Positions 28,594-42,016 of a stretch of DNA of 64,000 nt are shown one piece after another. Made by a program: the position numbers and the translations under genes. The notes under the pieces are model-generated. The model saw nothing but the letters and a program-made list of their open reading frames with translations, made no database searches and was not told the origin of the DNA. The stretch is from Octopus vulgaris (lineage: Eukaryota), in contig OX597819.1 of the NCBI GenBank assembly GCA_951406725.2, forward strand, positions 93,310,001 through 93,374,000. Reading direction: 5' to 3'. Every line of letters begins with the position of its first letter. The stretch's first letter is position 1.

Positions 28594-29637
28594 ATATATA
28601 TATATCTTTTATTTTGTTTTAGTCATTAGACTGCGGCCACGCTAGGGCACCGCGTTAAAGAATTTTAGTCGAACTAATCGACCCCAGAACTTATTCTTCG
28701 TATATATATATACGACGGAATTCTTTCAGAATCCGTTTGTCTGTCTGCCGTTATGAATGGCTGTAAGTATGGTTCTGATCATATATGATGTATGCATATT
28801 ACTTTGTTTATATACAATTATAATGGTTCATTTGTGAATGAGTGGTTGAGTGAGCTGCTTGATTTTTATGTGTTGAAGTTTGTGTCCGCGTCAATATTTA
28901 CGTGCAAGCGTACTAATTCGCCTAGCTCTCTACATACGTCTATACAGGTTGTGTATACGTGTGAGAGTACACCCACACACATGTTCTCTCTCTCTCTCTC
29001 TCTCACTCTCTCACTTTCTCTCTCACATCCTTCACTTTCTCTCTCTTTCTCTCTCTCTCTCCTATACATATACACATACACACATGTGCGCACACATACA
29101 AATACACGAAAGGCTATACAGTTAAGACGATCGCTTCTCAGTCACGCGGTTCCAGGTTCAACACTGCCTCTCGGCTATTTACAGACACGTGTGTGTATGT
29201 GTGTTTGTGTGTATATGTGTGCATAAGTGTATGGTGCGTGGTGTGTGTCTGTGTGGACGTTTGTGCATGTGCAATTGTTCATGTGTGTGGACAGCGGCAC
29301 ATCTTTGTGAACATAACAGCTAAGCTTATTCGTCGAGTTTCTGGATTGAAACATTTTATCGCCAAAATACTGAATTATGAAATAAGGCAAAAGTGTAAAT
29401 CAAAGTTTTCTTATATTTTTCATGATTTCATTTCTGCCGTGACTGTTTGAAATAAACCACTTAAGTTCTACTTCACAACGCTTCGCATGAAAGAAACTCT
29501 TTTGCATAGTATACATCCCACCAAATACACAAACATATATAAGTATTTTATGTATATACATAGGTATATATAAATATATGCATATACATATTCATATACA
29601 TACTCATACAAGCTCATATACATGATATATATATATA

Positions 29638-29698
<61 letters not shown>

Positions 29699-29758
29699 GC
29701 CATGGTAGATCGTTAGCCACTAACCGCATTTTTTTCTCTCCTTGTTTTTCCTGCGTCC

Positions 29759-29794
29759 CTTTCTGTAAAAGAGCGTAGGCTCGAAACGTAAAAG
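29759..29794 (+). ncRNA. Hammerhead-like motif, A6U variant (also G8A)
   Basis: CTTT-CTGTAAA-A-GAGC-GTAG-GCTC-GAAA-CG-TA-AAAG. Confidence 0.55.
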
Positions 29795-30099
29795 AATTTT
29801 TCTATTCCTGAGCGTTATACTAATACATCTGTTTGTTTTGTACACCACCTGTCTTCGTCTTTTGTTTTTTTTCTCCCTATATATATATATATATATATAT
29901 ATATGTTTGTTCCTTCTCGAGTTCTCGAGGCACACCTGGCTCATAAGAACCGGTTTCCCCGTTTCCTTGGCGTATAGGTTCCCCACCTGGACGGGACGCC
30001 GGTCCGTCGCAGGTGAACTACAAGATGCAGGGGGAAGAGTAAGAGAAAGCTGTGGCGAAAGAGTCAGCAGAAGTTCGCCATTGTCTTCTGCCGGAGACT

Positions 30100-31435
30100 G
30101 ACACGAAATCACAGAGAGTAAGCCATCGGACGTCTCCATGCTGGTCAACGTCCATGTGTCATTACTAATGACTTGAACTGCAGTATTCGGACAGTTGAGC
30201 GGCTGAGTGAACGACACAATGCCACAAAGAGCACTGATGATCGTCCACGCAGTGGCCCACCGAGGGTTACAACGGCACTGACAGCACTTGCAGGACCGAT
30301 TCCGGAGGGCATTGGAATCAGCTAGGCAGACCATGAGGAGTTCGCCGCCGGCTGAGCTCTTTCAATGGGTCTTATCGACGTCCGACTAGGTGCCCCCATC
30401 CTCACAGATCGTCCATGCAATGGACTCAAAAACGTCAGAACTGGCGTTATCAGCAATGCAGGACAGTAGTCTTCTCTGACGAAAGTTGATAATGCATTTT
30501 TGTGGCAGATGGCAGAGCTAGGGTTCGGAGAAGAAGGAGTGAAAGTCATGCCGATGTGTTGGAGAGAGATCCATGAGGAGGACAGAGCATCATGGTACGC
30601 GGAAGGATTGCACTCACCCAGGAACTTGGACCAGTTAAGGCGGCGAGCTGGCAGAAACGTTAGCACGCCGGGCGATATGCTTAACGGTGTTTCGTCTGCC
30701 ATTACGTTCAGAATTCAAATTCCGCCGAGGTCGACTTTGCCTTTCAACCTTTCGGGGTCGATAAGTTAAGTACCAGTTGCGAACTGGGTTGATGTAATCG
30801 TCTTAATCTCTGCGTCTGTCTTTGTTTGTCCCCTCTATGTTTAGCCCCCTGTGGGCAGTAAGAAACTTGGACCGGTGATCTTCCAAAATGTCAGCCAATG
30901 TCAGGCAATGGAGTAACCACTTCATGCTACATCAACCAAGTGTTGGGTCCTCCTCACATTCTGCCCGACTTTGTCATCGGAATCACGCGTTCCAACACGA
31001 CAACGTCCGTGCACATACAACCAGGTTGACAACACAACGTCCAGACACTGCTATAGTCTGCCTTAAGTCCGGTCATGAACCCCATAGAGCACCCGTGGGA
31101 CGAAATCCAAAGAGGGCTAAATGGCATCCGTGCTAGGTCGACAACTGCAGCACAACTCACAGCAAGTTTTAATACAGTGTTGGCTGCTATCCCCATGGCC
31201 TTCATCAATCGTTTGACGCATTCAAAGTACAGATGTCCAGCGGTAATCAATGCTAACGGCCGTCACAGGAGATATTGAGTTCATCTCATTGGATCCCGGG
31301 CACACCGTCGTCATGTGACATATGTGACGTCAAAAATGTTTCAGGAAATGACATTTTATCATTAGGAAAGAACGGTTTCTTAATTAGCGCTCTCCAATCA
31401 ATGCTATGGTAGTTTCTATTGCGGCTTCTATTTAG
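30100..31435 (+). mobile_element. Decayed Tc1-like transposase, interrupted by a SINE
   Basis: Remnants AIGRLHAG, DDRPRSGPPRVTT, FQHDNVRAH, MNPIEHPWDEI and AVINANGRHRRY*. SINE inserted at 30637-30860. Confidence 0.8.
30637..30860 (+). mobile_element. tRNA-derived SINE family A
   Basis: GGCGGCGAGCTGGCAGAAACGTTAGCACGCCGGGCG...TTCAAATTCCGCCGAGGTCGACTTTGCCTTTCA.CCTTTCGGGGTCGATAA..AAGTACCAG. Confidence 0.85.
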
Positions 31436-31478
31436 TACGTGTGCGACGTTTCTTTTGTGGTTCAGCTTCTAGACATAG

Positions 31479-31559
<81 letters not shown>

Positions 31560-31811
31560 TAGATACATGCATTTATACAAGCATAGACACACATTTTTAT
31601 ACAATAATTTATTTCGATAATGCATGTTTTCAATTGTTAAATTTAATAACTCCTTGCTGTTTCTTCAGAGCAACTTCTCTGACGATGCTTCAATTCAGAA
31701 ACTAATCGTAAGTTCAAAGAAGAAACTACATTCACACACGCATATGCGTGCACATACGTACACACAAACCCATGCAGGCTTACATGCATACATGCAAGTA
31801 TATTTATATAC

Positions 31812-31888
<77 letters not shown>

Positions 31889-31899
31889 CACGCTCACAC

Positions 31900-32002
<103 letters not shown>

Positions 32003-32477
32003 GACACACCTTTGTTTAATGAATATATATATTGTCAAAACTAATGGAGCTCTTCAAGGACTCGTCCTACATAGCAAGCTCTTTAAACTACCTGTTCTAC
32101 TCAAACACATACAATTTGATACTATTTACAATTTATCCAGTACATTACTTCCATAAACATTCACACACATACATGCATGTATGCATACACAAACGCACAA
32201 CTATATATGTGTGTGTGTGTGCATGTATATATATATATGTGTGTGTGTGTGTATATATGTATATCTATATGTGTGTATATATGTATATCTGTGTGTGTAT
32301 ATATGTATATCTATATGTGTGTGTATATATGTATATATATATATGTATATCTATATATGTATATATATGTATATGTGTATATGTGTATATCTATATATGT
32401 ATATATATGTATATGCGTATATATGTATATATATATATGTATATATGTATAAATATATGTATGTATATATATATATA

Positions 32478-32584
<107 letters not shown>

Positions 32585-32849
32585 CACTCAGTTGGCTGTC
32601 ATAATAAAACTCTGCTCTGACAACCGATGCTGGTGTGTTTAGGTCCCAATAACTTAGCGGTTCGGCAAAATAGACCGATCGAATAAGTACTAGGCTTACA
32701 AAGAATAAGTCCTGGGGTCGATTTGCTCGACTAAAGGCGGTGCTCCAGCATGGCCACAGTTGCATGACTGATACAAGTAAAAGAGTAAAGAGCAGAGTAG
32801 ACTTGAGCCTTAATCGCTTGAAACACAAGCCCGAGGCCGGGTCCACGGG

Positions 32850-33202
32850 CTATGTTCATCACCATCAGAGTTAAAATCTTCGAAGCTACCAGAGAAGAGA
32901 AAAAAGAGAAATCAAACGACAAGAGAGAAAGGCTCGACAAAATCAAACTCATCTCCCAAGGAGTAAATGCCATCGTTTCTTCCATGCAACAACTGGTCGG
33001 CATAGTTATCAATACCATCACCATAAAGGAAGCGATTAGAATACGGGAAATAAAAATGTCGGATGCGAGATAAAGCAAACAATACGATATGATACAATAC
33101 ATGTACTTTTACTTGTTTGATTCAGCTTCACGTGACACAGAGTTAAGGAGGCATCTGATGAGATGGATGTGACCTAGTTACCCACGAAACTTTAAGCTAT
33201 GC
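32850..33202 (+). mobile_element. 3' end of a decayed Penelope-like element with hammerhead motif (33151-33202)
   Basis: The ORF ends IKEAIRIR, resembling a PLE GIY-YIG C-terminus. It is followed by GCAT-CTGATGA-G(A)TGG..CCAC-GAAA-CTTTAAG-CT-ATGC. Confidence 0.6.
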
Positions 33203-33379
33203 GAGCCTAGATCAAACTGGTATGAAAGATATATCGATATAGATATGTAGCATTATTGGATTCAGAAGATGTTGCCAAAATCAACAAATGTGAAGATGAT
33301 GAGCTGCGAGCGGCTCTATCAAAATAACTTGGCTGTATACGTGGTTCAATGACTGGATACGCATGTGTATGTATACGTT

Positions 33380-33455
<76 letters not shown>

Positions 33456-33824
33456 TGTATTCATGTATGTATGTGTATTGGTAAATATATATATGTGTGT
33501 GTGTGTGTGTGCGTGTATGTATATATCTTTGTATTTATATATATGTGCGTGTGTGTGAGAGAGATTGTGAATGTGTCTGTGTTTGTATATATACAATATA
33601 CTTTGCCCGTTTAACTGAGACACGTTTTTCACCATTTATTCTTCTTATCTGTAAAAGAGCGTAGGCGCGATAAGTTGAATAAACTCTCTTTGATATTCTT
33701 TCACACCCTTTTGCTTTTCGCATGTTTGAATCTATATATATTTATGCATACATATATGTATATGATCCAACCATGCCAAAAGCAAAATGAATGGTGTGAA
33801 AGAACATCAAAGTAAGGGTGTTAG

Positions 33825-33858
33825 TTCAACGTTTCGAGCCTACGCGCTTCTACAGAAA
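33825..33858 (-). ncRNA. Hammerhead-like motif, A6U variant
   Basis: Reverse complement reads TTT-CTGTAGA-A-GCGC-GTAG-GCTC-GAAA-CG-TT-GAA. A decayed inverted partner lies at ~33645-33680. Confidence 0.5.
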
Positions 33859-33890
33859 AAGAAAAAAACGTGTCTCAATATATATATGTA

Positions 33891-34546
33891 GAAAAAGACG
33901 GGATGTATTTCCACGCAGGAAAAAATGTTGGCAAATTTGTTGTTGAAAATGCACCTAAATTTGAAAAACCTGTAATTGTTATAAAATGAATTTATTTACA
34001 TATATACCAAACTAGTTTCAGCAATATTTTTTTTTATCAATGATAAAAGTTTAGAATTATGAATTAGAAAAGCATGTTTAACAGTCTCAATGTCGACAAG
34101 TTTAAATGTTCATAACAGTCAATAATATAAAGACTGCTGATTAACATATTTAAATGTATAAAATTCAAAAGCGTTAGTAGTGGTCGACAAGAAATAAATT
34201 TCATCAAAGTTTCAGTTATATTGAGTGAAGAGGGAGAAAAACGAGGGAGAAAAACAAGGGAGAAAGAGATTTGGTTTACAGTTTCTGTGATTCTCTTTCT
34301 GTTGTGTGCAGGAACTTTCGCTTGTACCGGATTCCGAAAAACACTCTTACAGGCGAAAGTTGTTTTTTCTAATTCATAATTCTAAATTTATACTATTGAT
34401 AAAGAAAAAATATTTTTGAAACTAGTCTAGTATTAATGTAAATAAATTTATTTTAAAACAATTACAAGTTTTTCAAGTTTAGGTGCATTTTCAACAACGA
34501 ATTTCCTTATATTTTTTCCTGCGTGGAAATACACCTCCTCTTTTGT
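33891..34546. mobile_element. MITE-like element with ~170 bp imperfect TIRs
   Basis: 33901-34070 is the reverse complement of ~34365-34535 (GTATTTCCACGCAGGAAAAAAT...GAAAATGCACCTAAA...TTAGAATTATGAATTAGAAAA). Confidence 0.75.
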
Positions 34547-34901
34547 TATATATATATATATATATATATATAAGACCAATCCGTCGGTTGCGACGACGAG
34601 GGTCCCAGCTGATACGATCAACGGAACAGCTTGCTCGTGAAATTAACGTGCAAGTGGCTGAGTACTCCACAAACACGTGTACTCTTAACGTAGTTCTCGG
34701 GGAGATTCAGCGTGACACAGAATGTGACAAAGCTGATCCTTTGAAATACATGTACTGCTCATTTTTGCCAGCTGAGTGAACTGGAGCAACGTGAAATAAA
34801 GGACACAACGCGCCGCCGGGGAATTGAACTCACGACCTTACGATCATGAAGAGAATGCCCCTAACTACTAAGCCAAGGGCCCTCACACACACACACGTGT
34901 A

Positions 34902-34955
<54 letters not shown>

Positions 34956-34979
34956 TGTATATATATATATATATATATA

Positions 34980-35072
<93 letters not shown>

Positions 35073-35117
35073 CAAGTCAAAATAGAAAATGCTAAAATAA
35101 TTTCATAAAGAACATCT

Positions 35118-35155
35118 CAGTACCAGTTTCGGTCATTTTGAGACCTTTTCAACTG
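35118..35155 (-). ncRNA. Inverted copy of the U3:A8 hammerhead
   Basis: Reverse complement reads CAG-TTGAAAA-GGTC-TCAAAAT-GACC-GAAA-CTGG-TA-CTG. Confidence 0.65.
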
Positions 35156-35352
35156 TAACGATTAAATAATTAAATTTAGAAAAATTAGAAGAAAAATTTT
35201 TTTAAAGGAATATTTGTATAGTCTTCAAATATAAGTAGCATTCTGCCTTTCTCTGACTCCCTTGTTTGCACTTGTGTGTTCGAGGTCGTTGTGAATATTC
35301 CTTTAAAAAAACTTTTCTTCTAATTTTTCTAAATTTAATTATTTAATCGTTA

Positions 35353-35390
35353 CAGTTGAAAAGGTCTCGAAATGACCGAAACCGGTACTG
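35353..35390 (+). ncRNA. Hammerhead ribozyme with U3:A8 core variant
   Basis: CAG-TTGAAAA-GGTC-TCGAAAT-GACC-GAAA-CCGG-TA-CTG. Confidence 0.7.
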
Positions 35391-35476
35391 AAATGTTCTT
35401 TATAAAATTATTTTAGCATTTTCTATTTTGACTTGTTTTTTCATATATATCAACTCGTGTGTTCCTTTTCACCCTT

Positions 35477-35537
<61 letters not shown>

Positions 35538-36652
35538 TGCATACTTGTGTTTGAAGAGATATGCATGTGTTATACAGTTGGAAAAAACAATATATGTTGG
35601 TCTTTAAGTTTTATAACAGCCTATACGCCCTCCCGCTAAACTCGATTGACATCAAAGGAAACTAACCGAGTAAAAGGCCTAATAAAACTACTTATCAGAG
35701 TTGGGTCTGCTACATCTATGAAAAAGCTGAAGAACATGAAATCTTAAAAGACGTTTAATATAGGTAAAATTCACGTTAGAAGAAATAATACAAGGTAACG
35801 AAATGCAGAGACATTTCTTGTGAAATGTGTGAAATAAATTGAATAGGGCAAAACCAAAATATTCAAGAATATGAAGGAATTGAAGTTTAAGGCTAACATG
35901 AATTGTAAAGCACAAATATTTCATTTACTTTATCACATGCTCAGAATGCAATGAAAATTATTTTGGGCTTATATGATCAAAATTAATACATTGGGTTAGG
36001 GTATATAAGCAACAAATTAATCTTTAACGAGCTAGTTTACTAGTTGCAAAACCACTGGTTGTATGATATTGCTTTTATGTATTATTGCAATCTGGAATGA
36101 GCTAGTGCTATTCTAGCAGAATGAAGATGACCAAAACGAGGTCGAAATCACATGGCGTCCGGGTTAGAATAGTAGGGAGTTCTCTCCATGCTTGCAAATT
36201 ATATCGAGTGCGAAGTGCACTGAATAACCAGCTGGAGGAGGCGTCCATCTGGGGTTAAAATAGCAGTATCATCTGTTCTTATAGAACACCCACGTTTCTT
36301 TAGCAATAAACAAATTAAAGATTCACCTCTTAGAAATTGTCGATGTTGTGAAATTTGAGACAATTATGGAAATTAAAAAATCCAAATTATTCCTTTTCTT
36401 CCAAACAAAAGAAGGAAAATGATCAACTACAGACGCCAAAATAAGGATACTTTAGAAGAATTCTAAATCCGAAACTAAACCGGAAATAGTCAACACTTCT
36501 ACTGAAAGTAACTTCCGTATACATGTGCTTTAAAATCTGTAAAAAGTTAAAGCGCTTATCCATTACGAATGCTTCTTTTCAAAAGATTTGTGTCATTCTG
36601 ACTTTTTAAGATTTTTCTTTTATAATTTATAATTTTTGATTTAAGAAAGTTT

Positions 36653-36695
<43 letters not shown>

Positions 36696-36867
36696 GCATA
36701 CCTATACTTGCTTTATTCGTTTCATACATGTGGCTGCGGTACTGCTGGAGCACCACTGTGATTTTGTACTTTTATATATGTACATATACATGCATATCTA
36801 TATTTATATCTATTTATATCCATATAATATATATTTGTGGGTATGTGTATATAAGTATATATATGTA

Positions 36868-36936
<69 letters not shown>

Positions 36937-37024
36937 CTAGTTTTCTTTTATTTGTCTCATCCATGTGGCTACGGTGCAGCCGCAATGGTAGGATTTCATA
37001 TCAGTGTATGTACTTTTCCTATGG

Positions 37025-37235
37025 CTGTTGGTCCATTTAGTATATGAGACTGTTTAACACTACTGCCCCTCATCTGTACCTCATGCCGGGCCGTTGGTTC
37101 ATCCGGTACTGTGGAGAGGAGTACGTCTAGTTCTGTTTTGAAGCGATTCATGTCTATATTGTGTAGGTTTTTCAACTTTTGGGGTTAGGCATTGAAAAGT
37201 TGTGGGCTTTGAACCCTAAGCTGTTGATGTACATA
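37025..37235 (-). mobile_element. 3' end of a CR1/L2-group LINE ORF2
   Basis: Reverse strand (with frameshifts) reads QLFNA..NLHNIDMNRFKTELDVLLSTVPDEP...RAVVLNSL, a typical LINE ORF2 C-terminus. Confidence 0.65.
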
Positions 37236-37330
37236 GGCCTGAATTGAGGGAGTAAAGTCGTAGTTTTTTCAGCCTCACTCTATAGCTCATCTACTGCACA
37301 GTTACAATCTTTTAAATATATTGATGTTTG

Positions 37331-37577
37331 AAGGCGGTGAGCTGGCAGAAACGTTAGCACGCCGGGCAAAATGCGTAGCCGTATTTCGTCTGGGTAGTAG
37401 AGAAATAGGTATTTCGTCAGTCTTTCCATTCTGAGTTCAAATTCCACCGAGGTCGACTTTGCCTTTCATCCTTTCGAGATCGATAAATTAAGTACCAGTT
37501 GCGTACTAGGGTCGATCTAATTGACTGACCCAAACCCCCAAAATTTCGAGCCTTGTACCTAGAGTAAAAAAGAATAT
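37331..37577 (+). mobile_element. SINE family A copy
   Basis: GGCGGTGAGCTGGCAGAAACGTTAGC...GCCTTTCATCCTTTCGAGATCGATAAATTAAGTACCAG. Confidence 0.85.
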
Positions 37578-38237
37578 ATTCACGTTCAACCGCTTCAAGA
37601 TCTACTGTTTGTTTGATGCTTTGAGGTGACCACAGTTGAGAGCAGGCGGCTGAGAACAAAGTTCCTCCTGAGGGTCAATGAACATTACTTCTTGGTCACT
37701 TGTCTTGAAGAACTTTAGTATCCGTTCTGCCAGTTTCTGGCTACCTTGGCAACATATATAATTACAAAAAGAGTTTTCTTTTAATTATTAACTTGTTAAA
37801 AAAATATTAATTTACTAAATAGAATGTCATGAACTTTTCTGGAAGTAGTTTGTATATAGTGATTATTTTATGCATTTTGTATGTAAGCGCTTTCATTTTT
37901 CAAATTTTCCAACACAGGTTTTCCGGACAACAACATAAAGAAATGGGTTTCTTTGCTTTTTTTTTTTGTTTTTGTTTTTGCTCTTTTTAACTTTTTGTAA
38001 TGATGTTAAATATTTCCGGTTTAGTTTCGGATTTTGAATTTTCATAAACAACTATTCTATTCCTTGCAGTTCATCATTTTCATAAGTTTTAAAATTGTAA
38101 ATTGTCGACAGTTTTAATTGCTATTTCCTGCTTAGTTTCAGATTTAGAATGTTTATAAAGTATTCTTCTTTTGCCTTTGTTTTATTTCGTAAAAGGGAAT
38201 ATTTTAAATCTTCCTTTGCACATATGTCTAGATGTTT

Positions 38238-38623
38238 ACTACTCCTTTACTCCTTTACTTGTTTCAGTCATTTGACTGCGACTGTGCTGGAGCACCGCCT
38301 TTAGTCGAGCAAATCGACCCCAGGACTTATTCTTTGTAAGCCTAGTACTTATTCTATCGTACTAGAATAAGTACTAAATAACGGGGATGTAAACACACCA
38401 GCATCGGTTGTCAAGCGATGCTGGGAGGAGAAACACAGACACACAAACATATACACGCACACACATACATATGTACGACGGGCTTCTTTCAGTTTTCGTC
38501 TACCAAATCCATTCACAAGGCTTTGGTTAGCCCGAGGCTATAGTAGAAGACACTTGCCCAAGGTGCTACGCAGTGGGACTGAACCCGGAACCATGTGGTT
38601 CGTAAGCAAGCTACTTACCACAC
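38238..38623 (-). mobile_element. SINE family B copy
   Basis: Reverse complement of the 39144-39574 unit. Confidence 0.85.
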
Positions 38624-39143
38624 ATAGAACATTCCTTAGAGATGAAACTTTAAGTTGTTTATGCTCATGACTGGTTAGTTTTGTCCCTGTTTCTCCACTT
38701 ATTGCATTATGGGCATAAGATGCAGTATAAATCCTTTAAAATGTTTTAGCCCGAAGGCCGCGGCCATGCTGGGGCACCACCGCTGATATTGATATTTTTG
38801 CTGGGGCACCACCTCTGATATATTTTTGCTTTGAAATTCATGCTTGCATTCACTTTCAATTCCTTCTCATTCGTAAATCTTTGGCTGCTCCTTGTTCAAT
38901 TATTTCAAATGCCCTACAAAAGTTTGTTACTTGTATAATTTCTCTCACCGATGTGATTCTCGCCTTTGTTGCAAATCTCTGGAGATTTAATGGTTTTCTT
39001 TGGCTGTTATTGATTTGTGATTTTTAAAATTATTTGTCAAAGATTTGATTATTGATGTAGAATGAGAGTGGGTATCATGCAGCTGGATGAAGGTTGTTGT
39101 TGTCCTTATGAAAACGGGTGACTACAAATGACATATTTATATT

Positions 39144-39315
39144 TGTAGGAGTGGCTGTGTGGTAAGTAGCTTGCTTACGAACCATATGGTTCCGGGTTCA
39201 GTCCCACTGCGTGGCACCTTCGGCAACTGTCTTCTACTAATAGCCTCGGGCCGACCAAAGCCTTGTGAGTGGATTCGGTAGACGGAAACTGAAAGAAGCC
39301 CGTTGTATATATGTG

Positions 39316-39367
<52 letters not shown>

Positions 39368-39574
39368 TGTGTCTGTGTTTGTCACCCCAACATCGCTTGA
39401 CAACCGATGCTGGTGTGTTTACGTCCTCGTAACTTAGTGGTTCGACAAAAGACACCTTTATAATAAGCACTAGGCTTACAAAGAATAAGTCCTGGGGTCG
39501 ATTTGCACGACTAAAGGCAGTGCTCCAGCATGGCCACAGTCAAATGACTGAAACAAGTAAACGAGTAAAAGAGT
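39144..39574 (+). mobile_element. tRNA-derived SINE family B (CORE-like), near full length
   Basis: A/B boxes TGGCTGTGTGG / GGTTCAGTCC, CORE-like GGCACCTT..GCAA, internal (TG)n, and tail GCTCCAGCATGGCC..AAGTAAA..GAGTA. Partial copies at 1-53, 168-333, 3570-3975, 23535-23660, 32615-32790, 60315-60510 and 62895-63195. Confidence 0.85.
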
Positions 39575-40219
39575 ATTTTCATTTTTTTCACCTTTTGGAT
39601 AAATGTTTCTTCGTAAAGTTCGGGATTATTTCTTTTATTATTTATTTTTTTTTTTTTGTTTTCCGGGAACATATTTAATTCGTGTCATTCTGTTAAACAA
39701 AATAATTTTATTTACATAATTGATAACTTTTTTAAAAACATGTTTCCCTAATTATTGTAACTGATTCAAGTAATTTTTGTAGAAGCTTTTGTGTGTGTGC
39801 GTGTGTACTAATATACTATCTTTAGAAGGAAAACATTGACAGTAACTTCGAGGTTTAGGCTTCGAGCGTTTACCAGTCAGTCTGATGAATAAGTGCTATG
39901 CCAAAACTCAGAAGTAAAAGCTAAAATTTATTCAGTTTAGTATTTGCTTTTTATACAGCTGTACATAACAAAATCGTGCGTCTGCAAACACACCCACCAT
40001 GCGTACGTACATCTATTACATACATATAAACATACATGCGCACGTACATAAATGCACTCTCATAAATGCGCATACATATACCGATTTTAAGTTTATATTA
40101 CATAAATACACACATATATGCACACATACATACACACATACATACATACACACATACATACACACATACATACACACATACATACTTACATACATACTTA
40201 CATACATACTTACATACAT

Positions 40220-40565
40220 ACACACACACCAGCACATACATACACACACCAGCACATACATACACGCACACACACCAGCACGTACAAAGATACACACACA
40301 CCAGCACGTACATACATACACACACACCAGCACATACATACATACACACACACATACATACACACACACCAGCACATACATACATACACACACACCAGCA
40401 CGTACATACATACACACACACCAGCACATACATACATACACACACACACAGCACATACATACATACACACCACACCAGCACATACATACATACACACACA
40501 CAGCACATACATACATACACACACACCAGCACATACATACATACATACATACACACACACCAGCA
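40220..40565. repeat. Minisatellite, unit ~CACACACCAGCACATACATACA
   Basis: About a dozen variable-length units anchored on CCAGCAC. Confidence 0.85.
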
Positions 40566-40959
40566 ATTAAATACACCCATCGCGCACATACGCTTGTTAG
40601 TAAAGGTGCGTATATTACAGATAGCGCGAACACAGAAAAACTATCAGATTCATTCCAACGAATGAAGTTTACGCATGCAAAGCTGCTCGTTCTGCCCACC
40701 CACCTCTCTCTCTCTCTCTCTCTTCTTCTTCTTCTTCTTCTTCTTCTTCTTCTTCTTCTTCTTCTCTATCTATCTAAAAAATCTCTCTCATTCTCTTTTT
40801 CTCATTCTCACACATGCACGCGAATGAGCGTACGCGTATGTATCAATATACCCGTACTCCCCCTCTCTCTCCCTCCCTCCCTCCCTCCCTCCCTCATTCT
40901 CTCTCGCTCATATATATGTATGTATATATATATATATATATACATACATATATATATAT

Positions 40960-41005
<46 letters not shown>

Positions 41006-41087
41006 TCATTACAGATATAGGGTGAAAAAATTATTAATTTAATAAAACCAACAAATTTCACCTAGTAGTTTTTCGGTATGGAAAAAG

Positions 41088-41215
<128 letters not shown>

Positions 41216-41523
41216 TATATATATATATATATATATATGTATGCATATATGTATGTGTGTGTACGTGTGTGCGTACAAGTGACGTGTGTGTCATGGTTTT
41301 GTGTGTGTGTATGTGTGTATATTTGTGAATGTCCATACACCACCGCCACCACAACCGCCCTCAAGTTACGCACGAGCGCAAGCACGCTTACGCACGCGCG
41401 GCAGATCTTCCCAAGCTCTTTCCACTCACTTCAGCTTCAAATTACAGACTACGCCACTTTCTTTCTTATTTCTTTTCTTTTTTCCCTTCCTTCTTTCTTT
41501 CTTTTTTTTTTAACCGTTTCGTG

Positions 41524-41555
<32 letters not shown>

Positions 41556-42016
41556 CGTCTTTTTTCTTTATCTTCTTACACATTTCTGGACCTTCTCGCG
41601 TGGTTAATGTTTTATCTTTAATCAACAGAATGTGCAGTGTTAGCTGATGTCTGGATGAGAATGATGATTATACGGAAACAAACGAGGAATATTGTATGTA
41701 CGTATGTATGTATGTACGTATTATGCATATATATACATATATATATGTCTGTGTATGTGTGTATATATATATATATGTCTGTGTATGTGTGTATATATAT
41801 ATATGTCTATGTTTGTGTGTATATATATATATATCTGTGTATGTGTGTATATATGTCTTTGTATGTGTGTATATATACATATCTGTGCATGTGTGTATAT
41901 ATATATATATATATGTCTGTGTATGTGTGTGCATATATATATATGTATGTATATATGTATGTATGTATATGGATGTGTATACACACGCACAAACACAAAC
42001 TCACACACACATGTAT

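Noticed and set aside
36115-36160. ATGAAGA-T-GACC..GGTC-GAAA hammerhead-like string
   Set aside because: C3 is missing and there is no convincing stem I or III; at best a decayed copy.
40220-40565. Regularly spaced CCAGCAC repeats resembling a CRISPR array
   Set aside because: The spacers are CA/TA microsatellite rather than unique sequence, the context is eukaryotic, and there are no cas genes.
39999-41042. 347-aa His/Thr-rich ORF
   Set aside because: Made of CA/TACA/CCAGCA minisatellite and CT/TA microsatellites, with no domain signature.
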